A stretch of 64,000 bases of DNA from Bacteroidota bacterium (GCA_011049175.1 DSCJ01000118.1:16392-80391), one strand, 5' to 3'; counted from the first letter of the stretch, positions 9,587 to 19,749 are shown. Translations and numbers: made by a program. Notes: generated by a model from the sequence alone, not told the origin.

Positions 9587-12267
9587 GAATGGGGTTCATT
9601 GGTTTTTCTTTTCGTGTCCAGGGTATCTTCCTCTTCCTCCCAGATCACACGGAAAGCAGGTTTTGAAGAGGCTCCCGTTCCCTTCAGGGAATCCGCCCCT
9701 GCTTCTGTTTCACCTCCGGTTTCTTCCTCCCACCGGATACGGAATGTTTTGCTGACGGTATCCCCCGGGGTCAACGTATCATCCCTGAACCAACCGAATT
9801 CATCCCGCAGGATTTCCCGCACTTCCCTGCCCTGTTCCCGTATGCTTTGCCTGATCACATCCCGCACAGCCTCCCTGTCGTAGGAAACCCTGTAATCGTC
9901 AGGAGTACCCTCAATTTGCAGATACAGGCTGGTTCGATTCAATCCGTCTTCCTCCACCCAGCCGAACTCTGTTTCCTGTTTTTCCGGCCGGCGGGCTTTT
10001 CGGGCAAGTATTTCCGACAATAGGATTCTTAAGCGGTAATGAAAATATTTATCCAGCCCGTGTTCTCCCATGGCTGAAATATTGAATGCATTGGAACGGA
10101 TATCCATGTGGGGAATAATAACCCTCTGTTCTCTAATGTATATTGTGTTTTCCAGCCGGCTGAATTGCACATGTTCCAGTTCTTTCAGATCAATAAACCG
10201 TGATAATTTTTCCATCGGCTCAAAATGGATTAACTCTCCGTTATCAATGGTTATTTGAGCTTCTGCCAGCAAACTTTCCCTGTTGATCGTCCATTCCGGA
10301 CTGAAAATCATTTTCATCGATACGTTGCCACTCAGATTTCCATTCAAATGTTCTGCACTAATAAAATCCTGCCCGAAATTACGAAATGACGCGAACAGTT
10401 CATGGATATTGACATGATCCGCGGCTACCTGTGTATTGAAAAGTATACTGTCTCCCACACTTTGCATCAGCATTCCGCTCCCGTTCAGCTTCCCGTTCAT
10501 GCTCAGAAAACTCACGCGGGGGATAATCATAAGGCCTGGCTCATAGATCAGCATTCCCTCCACCTGTGTAGCTGTAAATGGGTTTATATGCAATATACCG
10601 GCCGTAAACTCCAGATCCATGGTCACATGATCAGGCCAGAACCGTTTTATTCTGTCTTCACGCCGGGCGGACGGAACATTCAGCCAGCCTTTCAGATCGA
10701 TCTCCGGGCTGGTGACATGTCCTTCCAGATGCAACATCTCCCGGCCACCCATAATAAATGACAAAAGATTTTCCGCTTTCCCGTCAAGAGCAAGCGGTAC
10801 GTGGTTCCATTCCGCCTGAAGATTGTCGAACCATACCGGCCCTGTGCCTGAAAACATCATGTCTCCCGATAAACGGCTAATTCTGTGCCCTGATTTTCCG
10901 AGAAGGAACTGCATATCTGTCAGAGTTAAATTACCGCTGAGTTCAGATTTCACCAGATCTTCACGGGTTATTTTTTTCAGATTTTCAGGTTGGAAACGAA
11001 AAGCCAGGTTCGCCCTCACCCGGCCTGAAATATCCGGTCTTTTCCCAGAAGAAAATACTTTCAGAATTTCTTCCGCGTACCCGTCTACCGTTCCCTGTCC
11101 GGAAATGACTGGACGGATAAAATCCCTGACCTGGAAAGAGCCGCTGATCCGGGAAGTTCCCACGGCGGCTGTAAACGATTGAATTTCCAGTTCGGTGGAT
11201 TCCAGGCTGTTTTTGACTCCGTTGTGCAGGGTTCCCGTACCCGAAAACCCGGTAACGTGAACGGAAGGGTTTTTCATGGCCAGCTCTGCCTCCGTGATTC
11301 GGAAATCCAGATTCAGATGAGGAACCGGCTCCCCGCCGGCACGTTGACTCAAATGACCTTCAATATCAACGACTCCCGTGCTTCTTTTGATCTGCCACCT
11401 TTCTGCCAGAGCAGGAGGAACCATTTCAGAAAGAGATCGTATGCTTAATCCCGTACCTTTTACCGAAAGATCAGTTCGTTTCGCCTTACCGGTCAGGATC
11501 TCTCCCCGTACCTGCAAATCCAGGCCGCTTATCTTGACCGAAGAGGCTCTAAGGGACCACAGGCTGTCGTTTCTGATCAGTTCCAGATTGCCAAGTACAG
11601 GTATTTCCCTGGCTGTGCTGAATTTTTTTACCTGAAACATGTGCAGCAGTACATCCGCATCAGCCTGCAGTGTCATATCATTTCCACTGAATGCCCATTT
11701 CAGAACAGTCCTCCGGGTATATCCCCCAACCCTGATCTGCGAAGGTTCATGGATATATTCCACCCCGATGTTCCTGAGCCTGACGTCCTGCAAATCCAGG
11801 TCAAGTCCTCCTTTCCTGTCTCCGGCAGGGCTTTTCCATACCCTGTAATGCGGTTGGCCATCCGTATCGGTCAGTATCCATAGTTTTCCATCATCAACCA
11901 CCAGCCGCCGGAGAACATATTCTTTTCTGAGAAGCTGAATAAGATGAAATTGCAACTGAAGCTTTCCCGCCTGCAAAACGGTATCACCCGCCTGTTCCAT
12001 CCCATTTATATCGGAAAAAACTGTTACCCGGTCGAGGATGAGGGAAGCACGAGGGAAGCTTCTGAAAACAGAGAAAGTCAGTTCACCCACCTCCACCTTC
12101 CCGGTTAGCTGTTTATTGAGTTCGCCCACCAGAAAGGATTCGATGGCATCCCGTTTCAGGCTTACCAGCAAACCGACGGCAAGAAAAAATACCAGGATAA
12201 CCGCCAGCAAGATCAGTAATGACTTCTTGAATTTTTTTAATAACAACTTCACCTGCATGAATTTCAT
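9580..12267 (-). CDS. AsmA-family-like envelope protein
   Basis: N-terminal signal anchor (LLILLAVILVFFLAVGLLVSL), then ~800 aa of beta-rich sequence resembling AsmA/TamB-type proteins, then an acidic C-terminal tail. Family call from memory of the N-terminal region. Confidence 0.7.
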   Translation of the reverse strand: MKFMQVKLLLKKFKKSLLILLAVILVFFLAVGLLVSLKRDAIESFLVGELNKQLTGKVEVGELTFSVFRSFPRASLILDRVTVFSDINGMEQAGDTVLQAGKLQLQFHLIQLLRKEYVLRRLVVDDGKLWILTDTDGQPHYRVWKSPAGDRKGGLDLDLQDVRLRNIGVEYIHEPSQIRVGGYTRRTVLKWAFSGNDMTLQADADVLLHMFQVKKFSTAREIPVLGNLELIRNDSLWSLRASSVKISGLDLQVRGEILTGKAKRTDLSVKGTGLSIRSLSEMVPPALAERWQIKRSTGVVDIEGHLSQRAGGEPVPHLNLDFRITEAELAMKNPSVHVTGFSGTGTLHNGVKNSLESTELEIQSFTAAVGTSRISGSFQVRDFIRPVISGQGTVDGYAEEILKVFSSGKRPDISGRVRANLAFRFQPENLKKITREDLVKSELSGNLTLTDMQFLLGKSGHRISRLSGDMMFSGTGPVWFDNLQAEWNHVPLALDGKAENLLSFIMGGREMLHLEGHVTSPEIDLKGWLNVPSARREDRIKRFWPDHVTMDLEFTAGILHINPFTATQVEGMLIYEPGLMIIPRVSFLSMNGKLNGSGMLMQSVGDSILFNTQVAADHVNIHELFASFRNFGQDFISAEHLNGNLSGNVSMKMIFSPEWTINRESLLAEAQITIDNGELIHFEPMEKLSRFIDLKELEHVQFSRLENTIYIREQRVIIPHMDIRSNAFNISAMGEHGLDKYFHYRLRILLSEILARKARRPEKQETEFGWVEEDGLNRTSLYLQIEGTPDDYRVSYDREAVRDVIRQSIREQGREVREILRDEFGWFRDDTLTPGDTVSKTFRIRWEEETGGETEAGADSLKGTGASSKPAFRVIWEEEEDTLDTKRKTNEPHSW

Positions 12268-12370
12268 GCAATATTACAACAAATTCATTTCCTGTACATG
12301 CGCATTCGGTGAAAGGAAATCAGAGCCGGGCGGAAAATGATACAAATGACAGGACCTTTTGTCTTGTTAA

Positions 12371-13078
12371 TCAGCCAAATAAAAACCGTATATCTTCGCC
12401 GGGCTTTACCTCCCAGGGAGCAATCCCCTTCTTAAATATTCTGGCAGGCCTGGGACCTATGAGCTGAGGATTCGGATCTTCCACCCACAACATGGTCCCT
12501 TCCCTGAGGCCCACCACATACATGTCGGGATTTACCTCTATAAATTCCTCGATCCGTGCCTCCCTTGTTTCTCCGGCATGACCATCGGGATTGGCGTCCA
12601 GGTAATGGGGATTGATCTGGAAAGGAATCAAATCCATGGCCTGAAAACTGGTCGGCTGAAGAATGGGCATATCGTTGGTAGTTTTAATAGTAGGACAGGC
12701 TACATTGGAACCGGCACTCCATCCGATATAAGGAATCCCTTCCAGGATCCTGCTGCGGATGGGATCGAGGAGGCCCTGCTCCTGCATCATTTTAATCAGC
12801 TGCCAGGTGTTGCCTCCTCCGATAACAACAGCATCGGCCGATTTAACTGCCTGCACAGGATCACGGTAACGATGGATGGATTCAATATCGTGACCTATTT
12901 CTCTGAATCTTTCCCTGACTTTTTCCTCATAGGCGTCAAATGAAAAGGTCACCGCCGCATAGGGAATGAACAATGCTTTTACAGGCTTGTCGCCCAAAAA
13001 TTCCCGTATTTTATTTTTCGGATGGTGGAGGTAAGGTTCTCCTGCATTGGTCGAATTACTGATCAGTAATAGTTTCAT
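12371..13078 (-). CDS. pepE: dipeptidase E (peptidase S51)
   Basis: Full-length S51 pattern: MKLLLISNS..., GGGNTWQL, nucleophile region GWSAGSN, and HAGETREARI. Confidence 0.85.
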   Translation of the reverse strand: MKLLLISNSTNAGEPYLHHPKNKIREFLGDKPVKALFIPYAAVTFSFDAYEEKVRERFREIGHDIESIHRYRDPVQAVKSADAVVIGGGNTWQLIKMMQEQGLLDPIRSRILEGIPYIGWSAGSNVACPTIKTTNDMPILQPTSFQAMDLIPFQINPHYLDANPDGHAGETREARIEEFIEVNPDMYVVGLREGTMLWVEDPNPQLIGPRPARIFKKGIAPWEVKPGEDIRFLFG

Positions 13079-13157
13079 ATAGTTTATCTTAAGTAATGAA
13101 TGAAATAATTCCTGTGGGATTGAAATACAAAAAAGGCTGTATCGGGCATCATGAATT

Positions 13158-15485
13158 TCAGATCTTTATACCGATTACCAGCATATCATCCACCTGTTCT
13201 TCCCCGCCCATCCACTCGTTCATGGTTCTGTCAAGCAGAACGGATTGTTCCTGCATAGTCAGGTGGGTATTGGCCAGAAACAGTTCCCTCAGTTTACGAT
13301 ACCGGAACTTTTTACCTTCGGGACCCCCGAACTGATCGGCATAGCCGTCAGAGAAAAGGTAGATCAGATCACCTGAACGGATGTCGATAACATGGTTTGT
13401 ATATTTTTTCCGGGGTTGATTTAAATAATGGCCTATGGGGAATTTATCTGCTTTTATCTCAATCATTTCTTTATCACGTATCAGCCATAGGGGGTTATAG
13501 GCGCCGGCATAATCCATTTTCATTTCGGCCGTATTGATCCGGCACAGGGCAATGTCCATGCTGTCTTTGATGGATTCTTTCGGATTGCTTTTCGACATTC
13601 TTTCGGAAAACCCAATATTCAGGCCGTCCAGGATATCAGCGGCCGTTGGGTGTTCATTTTCCTTCAGGGTATCATTCAGAATATTGAAACCCAGCAAAGA
13701 GATAAAGGCTCCGGGCACCCCATGACCGGTAGCGTCCACTGCGGCAATGTAAGTATACTGGTCCTGTTTTTCCATCCAGTAAAAATCGCCGCTGACAATA
13801 TCCTTGGGTTTAAAGTAGATAAATATTTCGGAGAAGTACTGCTGCGCATAATCCACATGGGGAAGAACAGCATTCTGAATATGCTGTGCATAACGTATGC
13901 TATCGGTAATTTCCCGGTTTTTTTGTTCTATCAGTGATTTCTGTTCACTCAGGATCAGGTTGGCATGTTGCTTATTGCGATAACTGCCGTATATGGCTGA
14001 TGCCAGAGCCAGCAGCAGAAAAATCCCACCGATCAAACCGTACTGTATCAGTTTCCTTTGTCTGAGCTCCACCTCCTGCCGGGCCAGCTGGGCATTTTTC
14101 AACTCCAGTTCCTTTTCTTTCTTTTCCGACTGATACCGGGCTTCCAGTTCATTGATGTTCTTTTTTACGGCTTCGTCGGTAAGAGAATCCCGTAATTCTG
14201 TGGCCTGAATATAATAATGCAGCGCATCCTGATACTTCTCCCGTTTTCTGTGAAGTTCCGAAAGCCCATAATATCCTTCCTGCAGGATTACCCTCAGGTT
14301 ATGTTCCGAAGCCAGGGCTAAAGCCCGATTAAAATAGTTCCCGGCCTGCCGGTACTGGCCCCTTGAAAGATAGCTCATTCCCATCCTGATAAAAAGATCC
14401 GCAATGCCTTTCTGGCTGCCCAGTTCTTCATAAATTTCCAGGGCTTCTTTATAGTACTCTATGGCTCCCGATGTCTCACCCATTTTGTGCATCACATCGC
14501 CCAGGTTTTTCAGTGAACTGGCTTTCCCCTGCTTTGTTCCCAGTTCTTCTGCAATATCCAGTGAACGGGAAAAATACAGGGATGCCGAATCATACATTTC
14601 CCTTACCAGAAAAACCCTTCCGATATTATCCAGGCAATAGGCCATTCCCTGCTTTTCCCCCATCCCCTCATAAAGAACCAGTGATTGCCGGAAGTTTTCC
14701 AGGGCTTGTTCATGACTAGTCAGCTCCATATAAATGCCGCCGATATTGAAAATAGAAGTGGCCATTCCCGACCGGTCACCCAATTCAGTATAAAGGGTAT
14801 ACGACTGCTGATAATACTGCAGGGCTTCTTCATATTCCCCCCAGTAATTGAAAATTTCTCCCAGATTATTCAGGGTATTGGCCATGCCGGCCCGATCGTT
14901 GAGTTGTTTTTTCAGTTCGTAGGATTGCTCGTAATATATTTTCGCCTCGGCATAATTGGCCTGAAATTTATGTATCTCTCCAATGTTGTTCAAAGAACGG
15001 CTTACCCCCTGAAGATCATCCAGTTCCCTTCTAATGTCCAGGGAAATACCATAATATTCCAGGGCCTTTTCATAATTTCCCTGGCTGCGGTACAATACTC
15101 CCAGATTATTGTACACTTTGGCCAGTTCCAGTCTGTTGTTCAGGTCCTTATAAATGGCAATGCTTTCCAGGTAACAATTTTCTGCTCTGCGGTAATCACC
15201 GGTAAAATAATAGGCCTTACCCAGGTTGTTGAGTGCAAGGGCTTCATCAGTTCTTCTCTGATTCTCTTCAGCCAGATGGAATGCCTGCGTGGCAAATTCA
15301 ATGGATTTCCCCGGGGATATTCTGAGGTATTCATCGGACAAAGCATTTAACAACCGGATTTTTTCAGCCCCTTTCGATCTTTCCATCATACGGACCAAAC
15401 TGTCCACATCTGCCTGAGCAATGGAATAGAACGGGATACAAAATAAAAAAATCACCCCCAAGTATGCCGTTTTATGCTTCATCAT
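13158..15485 (-). CDS. TPR-repeat protein with a C-terminal PP2C/SpoIIE-type phosphatase domain
   Basis: Trimmed to ATG 15485 (MMKHKTAYLGVIFLF..., a signal peptide). About 10 TPR units (LNNLG..Y....Y..A..YY), a coiled coil, one TM, then SpoIIE motifs SGDFYW and DATGHGVPGAF ... DDMLVIGIKI. Confidence 0.85.
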   Translation of the reverse strand: MMKHKTAYLGVIFLFCIPFYSIAQADVDSLVRMMERSKGAEKIRLLNALSDEYLRISPGKSIEFATQAFHLAEENQRRTDEALALNNLGKAYYFTGDYRRAENCYLESIAIYKDLNNRLELAKVYNNLGVLYRSQGNYEKALEYYGISLDIRRELDDLQGVSRSLNNIGEIHKFQANYAEAKIYYEQSYELKKQLNDRAGMANTLNNLGEIFNYWGEYEEALQYYQQSYTLYTELGDRSGMATSIFNIGGIYMELTSHEQALENFRQSLVLYEGMGEKQGMAYCLDNIGRVFLVREMYDSASLYFSRSLDIAEELGTKQGKASSLKNLGDVMHKMGETSGAIEYYKEALEIYEELGSQKGIADLFIRMGMSYLSRGQYRQAGNYFNRALALASEHNLRVILQEGYYGLSELHRKREKYQDALHYYIQATELRDSLTDEAVKKNINELEARYQSEKKEKELELKNAQLARQEVELRQRKLIQYGLIGGIFLLLALASAIYGSYRNKQHANLILSEQKSLIEQKNREITDSIRYAQHIQNAVLPHVDYAQQYFSEIFIYFKPKDIVSGDFYWMEKQDQYTYIAAVDATGHGVPGAFISLLGFNILNDTLKENEHPTAADILDGLNIGFSERMSKSNPKESIKDSMDIALCRINTAEMKMDYAGAYNPLWLIRDKEMIEIKADKFPIGHYLNQPRKKYTNHVIDIRSGDLIYLFSDGYADQFGGPEGKKFRYRKLRELFLANTHLTMQEQSVLLDRTMNEWMGGEEQVDDMLVIGIKI

Positions 15486-15505
15486 TGATTCCCGGATGCT
15501 CAAAA

Positions 15506-15537
15506 TTAAAAAAAATCCGGGAACGTGTTCCCGGATT
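15506..15537 (-). terminator. Rho-independent terminator after the lipoprotein gene
   Basis: 10-bp perfect stem AATCCGGGAA/TTCCCGGATT with a 4-nt loop (15514-15537). On the minus strand it is followed by a run of T (A-run 15508-15515 on plus). Confidence 0.6.
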
Positions 15538-15557
15538 TTCCCTGATCAGAATATTGA

Positions 15558-16667
15558 TTACCTGTTCTCCTCGAAAGCCAGGTCTATTTCCATCGCATTT
15601 ACACCGGCCGGAACAAAAGGTGCCAGCCCCGTGACATCAATGAAAGCACTGGTAAATCCCTCCTGGGAAGGCACACTGGTCCCTGATGAGACAAAACCGG
15701 TTGTTCCTGAAAAGTAGGCCGGATCATCGGCATTGGCTGTAACAGCCGTAACCACCTGGTTAAGTTCTTCAGCTGATAGATCACTGTAAACTTTCTCTAC
15801 CTCGGCCGTAAGAACATTTTTCAGGGAATAATCGGTCCATAAATTGGTGAGATCGTCCAGATCCACCGGTGGAAGAGCAACACGGGCAACAGCAATGTCT
15901 TTTTCCACATCGTTCTTGGCCACAAAGGTCCAGCAAATCCCACCGGTCCGGGTTTCATCAATCAGGGTGGCTGTGGGATGGATGGTGTTTCCGCGTATGT
16001 AAACCACATCCCCCACTTTGCCGGCAAACAGTTTGATTTTACTGGCATAATCGGTACCTGTTACATCCAGGTTAACCACAGAAACAATCATGTACTTTTC
16101 CATTGGTTTATCCAGGCCTGCAATATTAAGACCTTCTTCACCGTATTCAATCTTCAGCACGGAACGGGCATGCACCTGAATGTTCCGGTTAAAATTGCCC
16201 GGTATCATCAGGGCCACCCCTTTGAGGGGATTGGTATTCCAGAACAACTGCAAAGCCCTGCTTCCGTCCTCATCGTAAAGATACAGGCCGTATTCCCACT
16301 GGTCGTTTCCAAAATATGCCCCGGCCACAACATTGACATCCTTGATTCTTCCGTCGTGCGTGGAAGTGAATGAAAATTCCATGGGGCCTTCAATTTTCAG
16401 TTCCCTGACGGATGTAATCGCTTCGTTCACCATATCGGACGACAATTCCCCGATCCACACCAGGGTTCGAAGATAATTATACAGTGTATTCCCATCCACT
16501 TCCTGGGTCAGGTCTTTCTTATCCAGGTCGGGCCGGCTGATGGCATCGGACATACCCACCTTGAAATCTTCGGGTACAATATTATCGTCCTTCTTGCTTT
16601 TTTCACAGGAAACCAGTATTCCTGTCATCATGGCAAGAAATACCGCATATCTGACAGCTCTTTTCAT
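15558..16667 (-). CDS. hypothetical lipoprotein
   Basis: Lipobox signal peptide MKRAVRYAVFLAMMTGILVSC. The mature part is beta-rich with no motif I recognise. Confidence 0.6.
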   Translation of the reverse strand: MKRAVRYAVFLAMMTGILVSCEKSKKDDNIVPEDFKVGMSDAISRPDLDKKDLTQEVDGNTLYNYLRTLVWIGELSSDMVNEAITSVRELKIEGPMEFSFTSTHDGRIKDVNVVAGAYFGNDQWEYGLYLYDEDGSRALQLFWNTNPLKGVALMIPGNFNRNIQVHARSVLKIEYGEEGLNIAGLDKPMEKYMIVSVVNLDVTGTDYASKIKLFAGKVGDVVYIRGNTIHPTATLIDETRTGGICWTFVAKNDVEKDIAVARVALPPVDLDDLTNLWTDYSLKNVLTAEVEKVYSDLSAEELNQVVTAVTANADDPAYFSGTTGFVSSGTSVPSQEGFTSAFIDVTGLAPFVPAGVNAMEIDLAFEENR

Positions 16668-16724
16668 GGTTTCTTTTTATTTGGTTGCTATCTGAATTGA
16701 TAATACGTATTTCAGTAAAATTGG

Positions 16725-17534
16725 TTACCGGTCAGATTCTTTTTCACTCTGTGGTTTTCCGGAATAATCTTCTTTCATTTTATCCAGTGAAAAATTCTCA
16801 TCGTTTTTATTAATGGAAAGAGTTTGTACCGAATAGTTTAAAATGTTCATTAACAACATTTTACCATTCAGGCAGGAACCCGTTCCACTGACCATTTTAA
16901 TCACTTCATTTGCCATGATGGTTCCGATAATTCCCGGTAAAACACCCATCATACCCAGGCGGGACGGGTCAGGAGCTTCCTGCGGACCAGGAGGGTCGGG
17001 GAAAATACACCGAAGGGAAGGACCGTTTCTGTAGTTAAATACGGAAACCTGCCCCTCATACTTGTAGATAGCCCCGAATACCCATGGTTTACCAAGAATA
17101 ATACAGGCATCATTCAGCAGATACCGTGTGGCATAATTATCGGTAGCATCCACCATCACGTCATAATCGCGTAACAGATCGAGCACATTTCTGGGTTCCA
17201 GATACACATTATGAACCCTGTATTCCACCATAGGATTATGATGCTGCAAGCGATCCCTGGCAATTATAGCCTTCATCTTGCCCAGATCTTTTTCACCGTA
17301 AAGCACCTGCCGCTGTAAATTGTCTTCGCTAACCCGGTCATTATCGGCAATTCCAATCGTCCCCACTCCGGCAGCAGCCAGATACTGCAGAGCCGGACAA
17401 CCCAGTCCGCCGGCCCCTACCATCAGTACCCGTGTTTTCTTAAGCCGTGCCTGGCCCTCCTTTCCTATTTCAGGTAATAAAAAATGCCGGTTATACCTGC
17501 GCTCTTCTTTTGGGGTCAGCAAAGACATATCCAT
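16725..17534 (-). CDS. ThiF/MoeB/HesA-family adenylyltransferase (E1-like)
   Basis: Rossmann ATP motif VGAGGLGC, NLQRQVLY, DATDNYATRYLLND, and GVLPGIIGTIMANEVIK. No CxxC pair anywhere in the 269 aa. Confidence 0.8.
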   Translation of the reverse strand: MDMSLLTPKEERRYNRHFLLPEIGKEGQARLKKTRVLMVGAGGLGCPALQYLAAAGVGTIGIADNDRVSEDNLQRQVLYGEKDLGKMKAIIARDRLQHHNPMVEYRVHNVYLEPRNVLDLLRDYDVMVDATDNYATRYLLNDACIILGKPWVFGAIYKYEGQVSVFNYRNGPSLRCIFPDPPGPQEAPDPSRLGMMGVLPGIIGTIMANEVIKMVSGTGSCLNGKMLLMNILNYSVQTLSINKNDENFSLDKMKEDYSGKPQSEKESDR

Positions 17535-17588
17535 ATGGCTGATTTTTAACAGCTAAATATACTAAAATTTACAGCTATCCGGGTACAT

Positions 17589-17621
17589 GCAAAAGAAGGC
17601 GGCCTCTGTCAGACCGCCTTC
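17589..17621 (-). terminator. candidate Rho-independent terminator after the beta-barrel gene
   Basis: 8-bp stem GAAGGCGG/CCGCCTTC (17595-17621), followed on the minus strand by TTTTGC. Confidence 0.45.
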
Positions 17622-17647
17622 CCGATTTACTCCACGTTGGGGAAAAG

Positions 17648-18565
17648 TTAAAAATTAAAGGTAATACCAATGGTAAAGGGATATAATTCCGGACCTTTGT
17701 TTTTTTCAAACAAAGGAATCATGAAATAATTGGCAAAAACTGAAAAGTCCCCGTAACCAATCCTGCCGGTAAAACCGTAGCGTAACGGACTCAAATTGAA
17801 GTCATCACGTATTTTATCCTTCTGTTTTGCCCCGGAATCGCGGTACACCACCTTGGTATGGCTTCCTATTTTAACACTCCCGATAACCCCGCCTGCTGCG
17901 TGAATCCTTTTGCTTCCTGCCGGAATCTGCAACTCAAGCAGCAGGGGAATGGAAAAATAGGTGGTAGTAAGTTTCGTTTTGTCAAGGGTCAGAGGAGAAT
18001 AATCTTTTTCCACAATCACATTATCCGTTTTCTGGATATTGTTGTTCCCGTCAAAACGATAATCATTGAAATCAATTCCCACGCCCGTAACCAGACCCAG
18101 GGAATTCCCGATAAGCCCTACATCGAGCTGGGCAAACTGAATACTCACACCCCACGATTTACCTGTATTCAGATCCATAAAATCATCATCGGGCAGGGGC
18201 CCAAGCTGGCCTTCGGCATTTACATAATTGTTCATGCCCAGAGAAAAGCCCTTCCAGTGTGCATTGAACTTTCTTCTTCGTTTTCTGATCAGAGGTTTTT
18301 CTTCAGTTACCTCTTCTTCGTCCTGCAGAATGTCAACTTTGGTGCCTTCCTCACTCTCAACCACCTGTAAGCCTTTGTTTCCTATTTTGATTTTTACGGT
18401 ATCCCCTTCTTCCACTATTTCCACCGCTCCATGGGCGCCAACTTTTACCTCGGTGGAGGCTTTTTTTGTCTCTTCTGTTTTCTTCTCCACTTTTTCTTCC
18501 TGTGCCTTCAAAGAAACAGGGAATATCAGAAAGAACGACAAACATATGACCATTAATTTTTTCAT
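17648..18565 (-). CDS. outer-membrane beta-barrel protein (PorT/OMP_b-brl_2-like) with a Lys/Glu-rich N-terminal linker
   Basis: Signal peptide ending SLKAQ, then ~95 aa rich in K/E/V, then alternating-hydrophobic strands ending GITFNF (C-terminal Phe). Confidence 0.7.
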   Translation of the reverse strand: MKKLMVICLSFFLIFPVSLKAQEEKVEKKTEETKKASTEVKVGAHGAVEIVEEGDTVKIKIGNKGLQVVESEEGTKVDILQDEEEVTEEKPLIRKRRRKFNAHWKGFSLGMNNYVNAEGQLGPLPDDDFMDLNTGKSWGVSIQFAQLDVGLIGNSLGLVTGVGIDFNDYRFDGNNNIQKTDNVIVEKDYSPLTLDKTKLTTTYFSIPLLLELQIPAGSKRIHAAGGVIGSVKIGSHTKVVYRDSGAKQKDKIRDDFNLSPLRYGFTGRIGYGDFSVFANYFMIPLFEKNKGPELYPFTIGITFNF

Positions 18566-18657
18566 GACTTGTTGTTTTTGTAATGTGTTTGCTTGTTGCC
18601 GGAAACCGCCGGTTCAGTCATACGACGTACCGGATGGCGGAAAAGTTACAAAAGGAA

Positions 18658-19749
18658 TCATTCGCCGGAATGGTGGGTAAACTGCAACGCTCCGGACTCA
18701 AAAGCGAGATATTCTATTTGTCCGTTCTCATTGTATTCCCTTTCCAGTTTCATCTCCCATCCCATCAGACGGTTCACACCTCTGACTCCCGCATCCGCCA
18801 GATCCCACATACTGAAAGGCCTCTGTGCGGTTTTTGCGGCGTCTTCGCCAAGTACCGATTTCTTCAGCTTGTAAAGGGCAAACTCGGAAAGGGACAGTGG
18901 ACGATATCCGGATTCCACACCGTGAATCGGCTTTGGCGTCAATTCGCCGATATAGTGCTCATTACTTGCAAGATATATGCCTTCTTTCCTGGGCAAGGGA
19001 GACAGAGGAGGAAATGCATCTGCCGGATCTTCGTTTTCCTGCAATTCGGCTATCTCAATGCGAATGACCGGTTCCGGAATCCGGGTTGTCCGGGAAGCTT
19101 CTTTCTGTCTTTCCGGGAGAGAAACCGATTCGGGTTCCGGAGCCATACTGTCTTTTTGAGAAGAACTGTCCGGGTTTTTTTGTTGCTGACGAACAGCCAC
19201 TGTATCGATCTGTGCCGTCAAGCCGGAGCGGTTAAGTGTAGAAGAAGGTTTCTCCCATAATAATACGGTGATAAGAACAGCCGCGGCAATTCCTGCAGCT
19301 GCCAGCAGAATTTCCTTTGCCTGGGGAACCAGGCGGAAACGTTTCAGTCCCGATTTTGACGGAAAGGTAACGGAAAGGTCAGGATGCAGGTATACCCTGG
19401 CATACTGATCCAGCTCCTTCCTTTTTTCAGGATTTTCTTCCAGAAACCTATCGAGTACTTCCCGTTCCCTGTTTGACAGATCATGTTCATGAAAGGCAAT
19501 GGCAAATTCTGCAAACTGACCGGCTGGATCAGTCAGTGGTTCGGATGGATTTTTTCTGAGCTGATGTTTATAGGGAAAGTGCACATCGGGAGCAGAAAGG
19601 GTTATGTTTCGGTACTGTACCAGTTCAGCCGACAAATCCGGATGATTTGCCAGAAATGCTTTCAGTTCCTCTTCCATAACGGGATCGAGATTACCTTCCA
19701 GATAATCCAGAAAATACATCTCGTAGTTGTTCCTGTTGATGGTCATCAT
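18658..19749 (-). CDS. putative anti-sigma factor (single-pass membrane protein)
   Basis: Starts 15 nt downstream of the ECF sigma gene. Helical N-terminal domain (YFLDYLEGNLDPVMEEELKAFLANHPDL), one TM (ILLAAAGIAAAVLITVLLW), and a periplasmic C-terminal domain. Functional call is from context only. Confidence 0.5.
   Translation of the reverse strand: MMTINRNNYEMYFLDYLEGNLDPVMEEELKAFLANHPDLSAELVQYRNITLSAPDVHFPYKHQLRKNPSEPLTDPAGQFAEFAIAFHEHDLSNREREVLDRFLEENPEKRKELDQYARVYLHPDLSVTFPSKSGLKRFRLVPQAKEILLAAAGIAAAVLITVLLWEKPSSTLNRSGLTAQIDTVAVRQQQKNPDSSSQKDSMAPEPESVSLPERQKEASRTTRIPEPVIRIEIAELQENEDPADAFPPLSPLPRKEGIYLASNEHYIGELTPKPIHGVESGYRPLSLSEFALYKLKKSVLGEDAAKTAQRPFSMWDLADAGVRGVNRLMGWEMKLEREYNENGQIEYLAFESGALQFTHHSGE

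Noticed and set aside
13158-15485. Partner-switching module formed by the SpoIIE-type phosphatase here and the RsbW-like ATPase at 55184..55582
   Set aside because: The two genes are 40 kb apart in unrelated operons, and no STAS-domain antagonist is present in the window. A functional link cannot be argued from this sequence.
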